Assembly (NCBI GenBank): GCA_963747175.1
Contig: CAVVDW010000021.1
Location: 612-64,611, forward strand
Source of the DNA: an uncultured Alphaproteobacteria bacterium
GTDB taxonomy: Bacteria; Pseudomonadota; Alphaproteobacteria; Rhizobiales; Methyloligellaceae
Reading direction: 5' to 3'
DNA length: 64,000 nt
Shown piece after piece: positions 38,943 through 49,750 of the stretch. Below the pieces are notes generated by a model. The model saw only the letters and a list, made by a program, of their open reading frames with translations, had not been told where the DNA came from and searched no databases. Numbering within the stretch: the first letter of the stretch is position 1; each line of letters starts with the position of its first letter. A program made the translations under genes and the position numbers.

Positions 38943-39335
38943 TTAGGACGTGGCTGCGAGGAGGATGGCGACCAAGGTGAGATAGGTCACCCCGTGCACC
39001 AGTTGGTCGGCGCCGAGCGCGTGCCAGAAGCCCGGATCGCGCGTCGTCCAGCCATTGCGGTGGGTAACCTGCTCCTTCAACCAGTCGACGTGGTAGTGAA
39101 CAGCAAACTCGCCGAGGGCGATGGCACCGGCGAGCAGAAGCGAGCTCGGCACCAACAGGAGATAAACGAGCGGGGTGAGCGCCACATGGATCCCGGCATG
39201 AACGAGGCCACCCGGATGGCCGTAAGTCCCCTTGTTCAAATATTGATAGGGGGTCTGCAGAAAGAAATCGGCGATGGTGTGCTTGAGCATCAACACTGCG
39301 ATGGCGGCGAGGGTGAGCAGTGTAAGCTTGGGCAT
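38943..39335 (-). CDS. DUF3307 domain membrane protein
   Basis: KH.IADFFLQT, H...H, HYHVDW.K, G.DQ..H. Confidence 0.88.
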   Translation of the reverse strand: MPKLTLLTLAAIAVLMLKHTIADFFLQTPYQYLNKGTYGHPGGLVHAGIHVALTPLVYLLLVPSSLLLAGAIALGEFAVHYHVDWLKEQVTHRNGWTTRDPGFWHALGADQLVHGVTYLTLVAILLAATS

Positions 39336-39340
39336 GGGCG

Positions 39341-41579
39341 CTATTTCGACAAGGCTTCGGCCGTACCGTCCCAATGGGGCGGGGGCGGGTTGATGCGGAA
39401 GAAGGCGATGCGCTCGCGGTAGAGCGCATAGAGGCGATCGAGGGGGGCGCTGTTCAGCTTTTGGCATTCGTGGGCGAGCGTCTCGGCCCCATCCCAGTCC
39501 ATCGCCCGGTAGCGCGCCAAGAACTCGGCGTGGGCCTCGGCGAGCTCGATGAACGCCTTGCTCTGTTTCATGCCGTTATCGCCGAGCAGCGCGAAGATGC
39601 GCGTCGCCTCTGTCTTGCCCTTCACCTTCAGGAGGTCGAGCTCGAGGAAAGCAAAATCGGGCGCCCGTGCCGTGGTGGTTTCGCCCACGACGGTGCCGAC
39701 GTCGTAGGTTTTCGATTGTCCCTCAAGGCGAGAGGCCACGTTGACGTTGTCGCCGATCACCGAATAATCGAAGCGCGTCTCGGAGCCGAGATTGCCGACG
39801 CAGCAAAGCCCCGTATTAAGCCCGATGCCGAGCTTGACGGGCTTGTAAGGCCGACCCTTGGCTTCTGCCTCTTCGCGCCAGAGCTCGTTCAGCGTGTGCA
39901 TCTCGCGCATCATGCGGAGTGCCGCGCTACAGGCGTGGCTCGGATGAGCGTTGTCGTCTAGCGGCGCGTTCCAGAAGGCCATCACCGCATCGCCCATGAA
40001 CTTGTCGATCGTGCCTTGCTCGTCGAGGATGATGTTGCTCAAGCGGCGTGAACAGGCTGTTGAGGAACTGGGTCAGCTCCTCGGCATCGAGCCCTTCGGA
40101 GATGGTGGTGAAGCCGCGCACATCGCTGAAGAGGAGCGTCATGTCGCGTGTCTCTCCGCCGAGCTTGAGCCGCGAAGGGTCGCCAGCTAGGCGCTCGACC
40201 AGCGCCGGCGCCATATAATGAGAGAAGGCATGGCGGACGCGATTCCGCTCTCGCTCCGTGCGCAGGAATACGAACAGCGTGCCGGCAAGATAGATCGCAG
40301 TGAGCGCGATGGCCGGATAGATCGGGTCGACGAGCCAGCCGAGAGCATCGAAAGCATACCAGGAGATCCCGATCACGGTGGCAACGGCAATGCCGCCGAG
40401 CACGGCGCTGCCAAAAGCTCCAGAGCGATAGATAAGGACGGCAATCATGATGCCAAGCGCGAGGATATAGAAGAGCTCGGCGGGGGTTGCGAAGTCGGGA
40501 CGCTGCAGGAAGGAGCTTTCAAGAATCTGCTCCAGCGGCTTGCGCGTGCAGCTCGACGCCAGGGACCGAGGCGTCCAGAGGGGTTGCTCTGCAGATCGAG
40601 CAGACCCGCAGCGCTCGTGCCAATGATGAGGATGCGGCCTGCGATTTCGTCCTTGCCGATCTCGCCGTTCAGCACTTTGGCGGCCGACAGGTAGCGTTGT
40701 TTCGAGCTGAGGCGTGAACTTCATCCACATCTGGCCGTGCGCTTCGGTCGGCACCTCGTAGTCGCCGACCTTGACGCCGACGATTCCGGTCTTCTCGCCG
40801 AAGGCCTTCTCGCCGCTCGCGCCCGAGCATTTCACGAAGTAGCTGGTTGCCCCTTGGGCGAGGCGCAGCAATTCGGCGGCGAAAGACGGGTAGAGCGTGT
40901 CGCCGACCCTGACCACCATGGGCATGCGGCGGATGATCTGGTCATGCTCCGGGATCCAGTTCAGCGAGCCAGCACCCTTTGCCTTGTCCTGAAGTTCTTT
41001 GAGGCTTGCAGCCGCGCCCGAGTAGTAAGGGGCGAAAGGGCTTAGGGTCGTCGCCGCCATGGGCGAAGCCAGCCTTGGTCTCGGAATCGAGGTGCCGGCG
41101 GGGCGGCGATGAAGCCGAGCACGACCGGGGCCTTGCCGATCGCATCGGCGAACACATGATCGTTGGACGGAAGCTTCTCGACCTCCTCCCTGAGGCTCGC
41201 AAGCGCATCCGACTTCGGCCAAGAGATGCAGCGCATTGGACGGCGACATGCGGTCGGGCTCGGGGAATACCGTGTCGAAACCGATCGCTGCCGCGCCACC
41301 CGCCGCGAGCTTATCGACGAGGTCGGCAAGTACGGTGCGTGGCCAGGGCCATTGCCCGATCTCCTTCAACGACTCCTCGTCGATATCGATGATGCGCACG
41401 GGCAGGTCGGGGTTGAAGGCGCGTGGGCTTACCTGCTGATAAGCATCGAACACGAGCGAGCTTAGCCGTCGCGACCGGGCTCGGATCCCAGACACGCAGA
41501 GCGAGCGCGGCGAAATGACCGCCCCACGATAAGTGACATAAAGAAGACGAGAACCCATCCCGTTGCCTGAACTTTGCAT
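39341..41579 (-). pseudogene. CHASE2-domain adenylate/guanylate cyclase with many frameshifts
   Basis: IIDIDE.SL..IGQWPWPR (CHASE2), three TM segments, LFSDVRGFT, DKFMGDAVMAFW, GD.VN.ASRLE; pieces in at least three frames. Confidence 0.88.
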
Positions 41580-41777
41580 TTTTTACCCTAGGAAAGCGTG
41601 CCGACCGGCCGAGGATGCCAGAACCTAGGCAAAGGTGGCCCGGTAGCTACAGTGTCATATTCGGGGGTCATGTGCGGGGCGAATTTACTCCGTTCAAGGC
41701 TCACGGCATTGAACGGAACGGCGGAATGAACTAGGAAGCCGGACCTCCGGGCACCTTTACACTCAAGGGCACATTTC

Positions 41778-43080
41778 GTGAACATTTGCATGATTGGGGC
41801 GGGCTATGTCGGCCTCGTCTCCGCCGCCTGCTTCTCCGAGTTCGGCTGGAACGTGACCTGCGTCGACAAGGATGCGGGCCGGATCGAACAGCTGTGCCAG
41901 GGGCGCGTGCCGATCTTCGAGCCGCGGCTGGAGGAGTTGCTCGAGCGCAAACTTGCGCATGGGGCGGATCAGCTTCTCGACCGAGCTTGACCCGGCGATC
42001 GGAGAGGCCGACCTCGTGTTCCTCGCCGTCGGCACGCCGATGCGCCGCGGCGACGGCCATGCCGACCTCTCCTTCGTCTTCCAGGCGGTCGAGGAGCTTG
42101 CGCCGCATCTTCGCGGCTTCACCGTGATCGCGACGAAATCGACGGTGCCGGTCGGAACGAGCCGGGAGATCGAGCGGCGCTTACGGCTGCTTAGGCCCGA
42201 CGCGGATTTCGCCGTCTGCTCCAATCCCGAGTTCCTGCGCGAGGGCTCGGCCATCTACGATTTCACCCATCCCGACCGCGTCCTGGTCGGCTGCGACGAG
42301 GAGCGTGCCAAGGCGCTGATGGAGCGCCTCTACAAGCCGCTCACTTTGCGTAACGCGCTTGTCATGTTCGTCGCCCGTGAATTGGCGGAGCTCGCCAAGT
42401 ACACGGCCAATGCCTTCCTCGCCATGAAGATCAGCTTCATCAATGAGGTCGCCGAACTTTGCGAGGCGGTCGGCGCCGACGTGCAGGAGGTGGCGACGGC
42501 GATCGGCGCCGACGGGCGCATCGGCAACAAGTTCCTGCATCCGGGTCCCGGCTATGGCGGCTCATGCTTTCCAAAGGATGTGGCGGCGCTGATCCGCACT
42601 GCGCGCGAGGAGCGCTCGCCGCTCTCGCTGATCGAGCAGGTGCAGACGGTCAACTCGGAGCGGAAGATCGCCATGGCAGGCCGGGTCGAGCGCGCGGCGG
42701 GCGGCTCGCTCGAGGGCAAGACCGTCGCCGTGCTCGGCGTCGCCTTCAAGCCGGACACCGACGACGTGCGCGACGCGCCGAGCCTCATCCTCATTCCCAT
42801 GCTGCAGGAGAGGGGCGCCAAGGTGCGCGCTTACGATCCGCACGCGCGGGAGAACGCCGAGCCGCTGCTACCTGGCATCGAGTGGTGCGAGAGCGCGCTT
42901 GCAGCGGCGGAAGCGGCCGACGTGACCGTGGTCGTGACCGAATGGAATGAGTTCCGCGCGCTCGACTTGGAAGCTCTCAAGCGTCGCATGAAGGGAGACG
43001 TTCTCGTCGATCTCCGCAACGTCTATGCGCCGGCGCAGGCGCGCGCCGCTGGCTTCACCTATTCCGGCATCGGCCGCTAG
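41778..43080 (+). pseudogene. ugd: UDP-glucose 6-dehydrogenase with one frameshift in the G4 run 41961-41964
   Basis: GAGYVG, KSTVP.GT, NPEFLREG, GYGGSCFPKD; deleting one G restores LAHGRISF. Confidence 0.9.
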
Positions 43081-43268
43081 GTCCGCTCCGCCTCCGCTTT
43101 GGCAAAGCGCGGTAGAAATCGCCGTACCGATCGCGCCAAAGTTAATCCCCGCCCGCGCGGCTCCGGGATAATATGGAGATCATGGGCGCGATTGACAAAA
43201 AGCGTTTGCGCTGCCCGCTTTGGAGGATAGGCTTTCTCAAGAAAGCGACTCGTGGCGGAGGGCTCATC

Positions 43269-43790
43269 ATGCGTCTTCCGATCATCGCCCTGGCTGCTAT
43301 CGCGGCTCTCGGGCTCAATTGCAGCGGGGCGCACGCGGGGAGGGGCCTGTCGACCACCGACAATCCCTACTGCGATGTCACCACTTACACGTTGCGCGAT
43401 TTGCCCGAGCAGGCCATGTCAACGCTCGATTCAAGCGGTCGCCCGGTGATCGTGGTGAGCTCCTCGGTGCTGACCCAAACGCCGGCCTATGGCCGCTTCC
43501 TCATGGCGCATGAATGTTGCCATCAAACGCTCGGCCATGTGCAGCGCTACCACGAAGGGTTCGGGCATGTCGGTCCGCAGCCTTTCTTCTATATCGCGCC
43601 TCAGCTGAAGCAGATGGAGCTCGATGCCGATTGCTGCGCGGTGAAGATGCTGAAATCGCTGCACGAGACCGACAGCATCGATGCGGCGCGGCAGACCATG
43701 ATGGGATTTGGCGCCGAGCCAACGGGTGCTTACTACCCGACCGGGATCGAGCGCGCGGACAATATCGACAAATGCGCGGCGGGCGACTGA
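43269..43790 (+). CDS. Secreted putative zinc metallopeptidase (HExxH)
   Basis: Signal peptide; AHECCH..LGH and ELDADC motifs. Confidence 0.75.
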   Translation: MRLPIIALAAIAALGLNCSGAHAGRGLSTTDNPYCDVTTYTLRDLPEQAMSTLDSSGRPVIVVSSSVLTQTPAYGRFLMAHECCHQTLGHVQRYHEGFGHVGPQPFFYIAPQLKQMELDADCCAVKMLKSLHETDSIDAARQTMMGFGAEPTGAYYPTGIERADNIDKCAAGD

Positions 43791-43904
43791 GCTCGCGTTA
43801 CCGGCCTTTAATTTGACCTTGAGGCCGTTTCCCCACAATGAGCCATTAGCTCTGGCGCGGTGCCGCCCGCGCCACACCTATATGCTATGTTCTAGGCTTC
43901 CGAG

Positions 43905-44789
43905 ATGGCTCAAGAGTTAGCCGTGCGCATCATTGCGATCATAGGCCTAGCGACGAAGCCGGTCGGGGCTTGGCTGCGCCGTGTCATCCTCGCCGTGCTC
44001 GTTGTGGGCGCTAGCGGCTTCAGCGGCGAGGCGTCGGCCGGCGTGATCCGCGTGTGCGCCGATCCCGACAACATGCCGTTCTCCAACGACAAGGGCGAGG
44101 GCTTCGAGAACAAGCTCGCCGAGCTGATCGCGGCCAAGCTCGACGACGCGGTCGACTACACCTGGTTCTCCGAATCGAGCGGCTATGTTCCGAACGCGGT
44201 CGGGACGGATGCTTGCGACCTCATCATGGGCTATGCCCAAGGCACGGGGCTGATCGACGACTCGAACCCCTATTACCGCACGTCCTATGTCCTCATTTAC
44301 CGGCAGAACGATCCCAATCTTGCCGGTGTCGACCGTCTCTCCGATCCGAGGCTGAAGGGAAAAAGGATCGGCCTCTTCGCTCGCACGCCGCCAGCGAGCA
44401 TGCTCGCTTTGTATGGCTTGGTGGCATACGCCAAGCCGGTCGAGGTCAATGCCGGCGAGAGCGCGTCTAAGGCGGCGGAAGCCATGATCGGAGAGATCGC
44501 CTCCGGCAAGCTCGATGCTGGGCTCTTGTGGGGCCCGGTCGGGGGTTATTACGCACAGCGCTCCTCGGTGGCGCTCGCGCTGGTGCCGCTCGTCAAGGAG
44601 AACGCGGGGCCGAGCACGATCTATGGCATCACGCTCGGGCTTCGCCCGAACGACCCGCAATGGAAGCACCAGATCAACAAGGTGATTGCCGAGAACGAGC
44701 GCGAGATCGACGGGATCCTGCAGAGCTATAACGTGCCGGTGTTGGACCAGGACGGCAATCTGATCGCGCCCTCAGCCGCCGAGCGCTAG
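43905..44789 (+). CDS. Quinoprotein dehydrogenase-associated substrate-binding protein, MoxJ/XoxJ-like
   Basis: RVCADP.NMPFSN..GEGFENK.AE, PYYR.SY, WGP..GY. Confidence 0.88.
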   Translation: MAQELAVRIIAIIGLATKPVGAWLRRVILAVLVVGASGFSGEASAGVIRVCADPDNMPFSNDKGEGFENKLAELIAAKLDDAVDYTWFSESSGYVPNAVGTDACDLIMGYAQGTGLIDDSNPYYRTSYVLIYRQNDPNLAGVDRLSDPRLKGKRIGLFARTPPASMLALYGLVAYAKPVEVNAGESASKAAEAMIGEIASGKLDAGLLWGPVGGYYAQRSSVALALVPLVKENAGPSTIYGITLGLRPNDPQWKHQINKVIAENEREIDGILQSYNVPVLDQDGNLIAPSAAER

Positions 44790-44803
44790 ATCGGCGGCTT
44801 CCG

Positions 44804-46105
44804 TTACATCTTGCACTTGCTCTCCGGCTCGTCGATGCCGAGCGTGTCGACCTCGATCTCGGCGTGGGAGGCATGCGGGAAGCCCCGCTGCGGCGACATC
44901 GAGACGGGAACCTTGTCGGTCGCGATCAGGATCGGCTGGCGGAACTGGCCGTCCCAGGGACGGTATTGCTGTTTGATGCCCTTGAAGGGTGCGAGCTGGA
45001 GGTCGGGCCCGTGGATGAAGGCGGCGACGGTGGCGAAATCGGCACCGTGGTTCCGGGTCACGGCCTCGCCGACCGTGCGCGCGGCGACGTAGGCCTGATA
45101 GTCGATCGGCAGCATCAGGCGCTTATAGTCCTTCTCGAAATGGTTGTTGGCCTGTGTCGCCCCCCATTTCTCATGGCCGGGGCTCCAGGTGGTCGCGGTC
45201 AAGCCCGTGGTGCCGGCGACGGGTCTTGGATCGGCCCCGCCGCGATAAGGCATATAGGGACCGAAGAGCTGATCCTCGTCGGCGACGATGATGACCTGAT
45301 AGTCCTGACCGGCAAAATTCTCATCGGTGCTTGCCTGCTTGCCCGGCGGAATGGTACCGACGTCGTCGCGCCTGCCGCCTGAATTGTCCTTGTACTCGCG
45401 CACATCGACGAGCGTCGCGCCGAAGCGAGCGGCGGCGCGCTTGATCGCGTCGGCATAGGCGATGTCGCCGGGCGTCGAGCCGCGCACGACAAGCCAGTTC
45501 GTCCATTTCTGCAGCACGAGATATTGGGCAAGCGCGTCGGCCATCATGTAGCGGTCGGGCACGACATGCATGATGTTCTTGCGGCAGTCCTCTTGTCGGA
45601 GCGACACGTCGGGAGCGCGGATGTTGAACAGGAGCACATCCTTGTCCTTGGCGAAGTCCGAGAGCTTGAGCAGCGTGTCCGCCGAGGCATCTACGATGAA
45701 ATAATGATGGCCGCTCTCGAGCAACTTGCCCAAGGCCTCGACCGCCTTGTCGGGCGAAGCGACCGTGCTGACGTCGAGCGAGTAGAGGTCGCCGACGAAC
45801 TTGCCGCCGGCATTGTCCTCATCGATAGCCATCTTGGCGCCGGCGATTCCGGCATCGATAGGCTCGACATCAACGCGGGAGGCGGGACGCGGGTGCTCGG
45901 TCACCTCGCGGATATAGCCGATGGGCAGAGGCGTCAGCGGCGGCGATTGCGGGATCTCGACCGATACGCCGCCGGGCTTGTCAACCGCTGGCGCGTCCTC
46001 GGCGCTCGCCGCAAGGCTCGACAGCGCGCTACCGAGAAAGAACGAAACGAGAAGCGCCGGTGCATAGCCGAAGAGACGACCTTTGTCGGTGAATGACAGC
46101 TGCAT
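44804..46105 (-). CDS. PQQ-catabolism-associated ABC-type substrate-binding protein (TIGR03863-like)
   Basis: LR...CR.N..H..P...M.ADALAQYL...W, W...HE.WGA.Q, RPWDGQ.RQP. Confidence 0.85.
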   Translation of the reverse strand: MQLSFTDKGRLFGYAPALLVSFFLGSALSSLAASAEDAPAVDKPGGVSVEIPQSPPLTPLPIGYIREVTEHPRPASRVDVEPIDAGIAGAKMAIDEDNAGGKFVGDLYSLDVSTVASPDKAVEALGKLLESGHHYFIVDASADTLLKLSDFAKDKDVLLFNIRAPDVSLRQEDCRKNIMHVVPDRYMMADALAQYLVLQKWTNWLVVRGSTPGDIAYADAIKRAAARFGATLVDVREYKDNSGGRRDDVGTIPPGKQASTDENFAGQDYQVIIVADEDQLFGPYMPYRGGADPRPVAGTTGLTATTWSPGHEKWGATQANNHFEKDYKRLMLPIDYQAYVAARTVGEAVTRNHGADFATVAAFIHGPDLQLAPFKGIKQQYRPWDGQFRQPILIATDKVPVSMSPQRGFPHASHAEIEVDTLGIDEPESKCKM

Positions 46106-46371
46106 CGCGATGGCCTGGAGGCGCGAAACGCCGCGCCGGTTATGGAGGAGCGAGGGGTCGTGTTCATGGTAGCGATAAAAAAATAGGCATTGCAAGCCTA
46201 CAATACCACTACCATCGTCCAAATAATTCAATGAGTTACTGGTTACTGTCCAAAATTTGGCCAATAAGCACCAGCGCTCTCATCCGCCAGTTACTCTAAC
46301 AAAATGTTTGCGTTTGGGAAGAACGTGATCAGTTCCGGTGCGGGCTCAGGGCGCGCCAGTGAGGATGGCGA

Positions 46372-47266
46372 TCAATGCGCCGGACGGGCACGCGGCCGCG
46401 CGGATGGTGACGATGTGATGGACCTCTCCTTTGGAGCAGCCTTGCCCGTTCGCTTACGCACTACATCTCGCACTTTGCCCCGACCCTTCGCTTCCATGCT
46501 CTCCTTGAGAGCGGCCATGATGTTGATGACCTTCGGCTGTGACTTACCTTCCTCCGCGACTATTATCTCCGGCGCCCGCTGTTCGATCTTCGCTTGGATC
46601 AACTCACGGACAGCGGCAGCGAACTGATCGGGCATCTTCTCGGGCTCAAACCGCCCGCTCTCACGCTCCATCAACTCGGCCGCGAGAGTGACGGCTTGCT
46701 GATTGGCTTCCGCGTTAAGTTCTCAAAATAAGGCTCGGCGGGACGGCATCTCGTTCGCATAACGGAGGATGCAAGCACCAGCCCGCGACGCAGCGCCTTG
46801 ATGCCACTAGGTGCTCGCGCCTGCATGATGAGCTGGCCAATGGCGACCTTGCGGTGCCTTTAGCGCATCGCGGATGACGCATAGCCTTCGTCGGCCTCGT
46901 CACCGTCCGGCACGAGGTAATACGGCTTCTCCCAATAGCGACGTGTCGATTTCAGCCTCATCGACGAAACGCGCCATGTCGATTGTGTGCTTGGCTTCGA
47001 GCTTGAGCTCGTCAATCTCCTTGGGGTGAAGCAGGACGTGACTGCCCTTTGGCGTACTCGTAGCCTTTGACGACTTCCTCGTCTGGCACGTCAGTAAAGG
47101 TGTCTCCCTCGCGAATGCCCTTGACGTATTTGATCGGCTCGCCAGAGGGCTCATGAATTTGTCGGAAGCTAATCGCCTCCTCGGTTGAAACGGCCGGGAC
47201 AAGCCTGACGGGGATCAGAACGAGGGAGAGGCGGAGATTGCCCGACCAGAGGGAAGGAGGTGCCAT
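46372..47266 (-). pseudogene. ku: Ku NHEJ protein, many frameshifts
   Basis: SLWSG.L..SLV.IPV.L, VKGYE..KG..V.....EID.L, YWEKPYYL.P; K/R-rich tail. Confidence 0.88.
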
Positions 47267-47627
47267 AACGCAAACTCAGAACTGAACATGACGAAGAGTT
47301 CCGAATCTGGTCGCGTAACTGGCTGACACAAGAGGAACAAAAGCGGTTCATCTGCGTGTCCGTGGAGTGATGACCCGCGTGGACGAGGTCGTGTTTAGCT
47401 GTTCGGCGGACGTTCTCGGCGCGCTGCTACTCTTCGCTTTCGCGCTTCCTAATCTTTTGAAGCGCGCGAAGATCCTCCTCAGGCAACTCCATGAAAAGGT
47501 CATCGCCCCCGGGCCAACCCAGCGATTGCATTCTACGCAGCCGATGAGCACCGCTCGCCGTAGCGATCGATCTCGATGAGCGGGCGCTTACAGCGGTCGC
47601 AGTGCTCAGACATGGGGAGCTAGTCGA

Positions 47628-47872
47628 CTATCTTCCGACTGCATCCTTCACACATTGCTTGATGAAGGAGTCTTTGTCTTGATCCGGGATCTTTTGGTCT
47701 ATCGCGCGCCCTTCGCAAGCGATCACCATAAGGTCTTTGCAATTGGCCATGAAGTTTTTGAGTTCTTCAGCGCGCAACTCGTTCGCCGCCGCTTGAGCCC
47801 AACAGGAGTCCTCTGCCATCGCCGCGGTGATCCGAAAGCCAACGGGCACGAATGTAGGGCAAGAACTTTCAT
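47628..47872 (-). pseudogene. Small secreted PsiF-like two-repeat Cys protein; signal peptide frameshifted
   Basis: ATG 47872 MKVLAL in one frame; AEDSC.AQA...FM.NC / C..RA......SF.K.C in another. Confidence 0.55.
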
Positions 47873-48524
47873 CGGCGAATGCCCCACGCACGCATCTGTC
47901 GGATAATCCTCCCAAGATGACGCACACAATCCAGAGCGGCTGATAGTCCCAGCCTGCGATTGGAGTGCCGTCGGCTCAGCGCTTCGGCTTAAAATGGGCA
48001 GGCGCTCGCTTCCCATGCCCTCCTGAGGGTTTTGATGAAGAGATGTCTGATAATAGCGATGACAGATCGAAACCCACCGACCGCCCCTTAAGGTTTCGAC
48101 AAATTCTCATCCTAGCCGCGCTGGTTTTCGGATTTGCATTTGCGATTTGATCGCAGGGGGCGAACCGCTTCCTCGTGATCTTCAAGATTTTATTGCACGC
48201 TATTTTCTTGGATGAGGTGTGTTTGAATGGTGAAGCAGGTCACCGCCATCACACGATCCCAAGCGGCTGCCAGTCGAGCTGGCGATCGAAGCGCGCCGAC
48301 CCGAAGGCACGCGTTGCGCTTGGCCCCTTGCGCTTGCGATAGGTCTTCAATCTCGCCGAGAGGATCAAAGCTGGCGGCAGAAGGCCGAGGTCGCCTCGAA
48401 GAGATAACGCTCTTACTCAGCGCGATCAACGCTCTATGACGGCCTCGAATCGCGAAGCCTGAACCGTGTTTCTAGGCGTACCTGTTGGACGACCCCACCT
48501 TGGTCAACAACGTGCCGTAGCGGG

Positions 48525-49028
48525 CTATATTTCATATCCCGCTAACAGTTTCTCCTGAGTTTGCTTGTCGTAATATTTTCGCCAATCGAGACTTAGCAAT
48601 CCTTCGATCCTCTCGACTGTTTTGTCGATCAGACCAGGCGGCTCGCCGGCCTTAAGCTGGGCCTTTAGTTCGAGGAAGGCTTGGTTGGTGCCATCAAGAC
48701 GCCGGGCCAAGTTTGTCGCAACGTAAAGGAGCGCGGCTGGGTCTTGCACAAGAAATGCGGCAGCGTCGGCAACGTGAAACTGCGAGGGCGCCAAGGTGAG
48801 CACGTCCGCGGTATGCGGTTTATCGAGCAGCGCGGAGATCTCGCCGAAGACCACGCCGGGTTCCGCCACTTTTGCAATCTCAGTGCCACCCTTGACGATG
48901 CTTACCAGGCCGGTTTTGAGAATCAGCAGCCGCCCGGTTTTGGTGCCGTCCGAGAACACGGTCTCACCCGCGCCGTAGCTTGCAAGCGGGAGTGTGGCGA
49001 GCCTTTTCTGCCAGACTTCGGTGTCCAT
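48525..49028 (-). CDS. Cyclic-nucleotide-binding domain protein
   Basis: GETVF..G..TGRL.IL..G, FGEISALL..PHTADV. Confidence 0.85.
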   Translation of the reverse strand: MDTEVWQKRLATLPLASYGAGETVFSDGTKTGRLLILKTGLVSIVKGGTEIAKVAEPGVVFGEISALLDKPHTADVLTLAPSQFHVADAAAFLVQDPAALLYVATNLARRLDGTNQAFLELKAQLKAGEPPGLIDKTVERIEGLLSLDWRKYYDKQTQEKLLAGYEI

Positions 49029-49461
49029 TGGCGGTTCCTCATTCTGCTACGAAAGTAGGCTCTGTGAGCGCGGCAACATCGAGGCGAAGCGTGGGAGAGA
49101 AAGTGGAGAGCCCCAGCTCACGGGGGAGAGCCAGGGCTCTCCGGTTCCTAACGGGGGAACCAGCCAGGGTGCCATAGAGTTGCTTCGCCTTGACGCTGTG
49201 ATTAGCAGCGGGTACGTCGCGTAAACAGGCAGACCGCACCTCGGTTTGTGTGGGGGCTCTCGAGCTCATAGAGAAATCCCACCATAGGCCGCGGTCATGG
49301 GCAAAAAAACGGCCCGCAGGAGTACGGGCCGTCAAGGAGGCTTTTTTGATGCAACCTGCAAATTACACCCTCACCACGCCTCACTGCAACCAACCTTGCA
49401 AGAAATGAGAAAGGGACCGAAGCGGGTCCCTTTCTTCGCAATCTCGATCTTAGTCTGCTGA

Positions 49462-49698
49462 TTATGCTTTGGGGGCCTTCTGAGCCTTCCAGGCTAGCTT
49501 GCACTCGTGCCTGTAGGCGTGGCGGCCCTTCCTATCCGTCGGGAATTCGAGCTTGGCCGCCTCCTTACAGGTGAGTGACGCTGGCGCTGCCGCCTGCGAC
49601 GCGACGTGACCGCTGTGGCCATAATATCCGCGGCCATAATATCCTTGGCCATAATATGCCCGGCAGGCGTCACGCGTTTCTTGGGGAAAGCTGATCTG
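49462..49698 (-). pseudogene. Truncated small protein with (GYYGx)3 repeat
   Basis: ACRAYYGQGYYGRGYYGH...CKEAAKLEFPTDRKGRHAYRHECKLAWKAQKAPKA*; no in-frame start; hairpins downstream. Confidence 0.5.
49617..49657. repeat. GGCCATAATAT x3, 15-bp period
   Basis: Copies at 49617, 49632, 49647. Confidence 0.9.
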
Positions 49699-49750
49699 CT
49701 GTCATGAAGTCTTGCCAGACAAAAGAAGCGGCCTCGCTTATGGTCTGCGC

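Larger units (their letters stand above)
46200..49700. other. Decayed accessory patch
   Basis: Less GC-rich than flanks; Ku relic, frameshifted small proteins, att-arm-like motifs at the left edge; boundaries approximate. Confidence 0.55.

Noticed and set aside
47270-47360. Divergent EcfG promoters at the ku 5' end
   Set aside because: Spacing or -10 off consensus (N14-AGTT; N16-CGTG) in an indel-rich patch
47348-48440. Several short ORFs in the accessory patch
   Set aside because: No recognisable motifs, conflicting frames; only the PsiF-like relic retained
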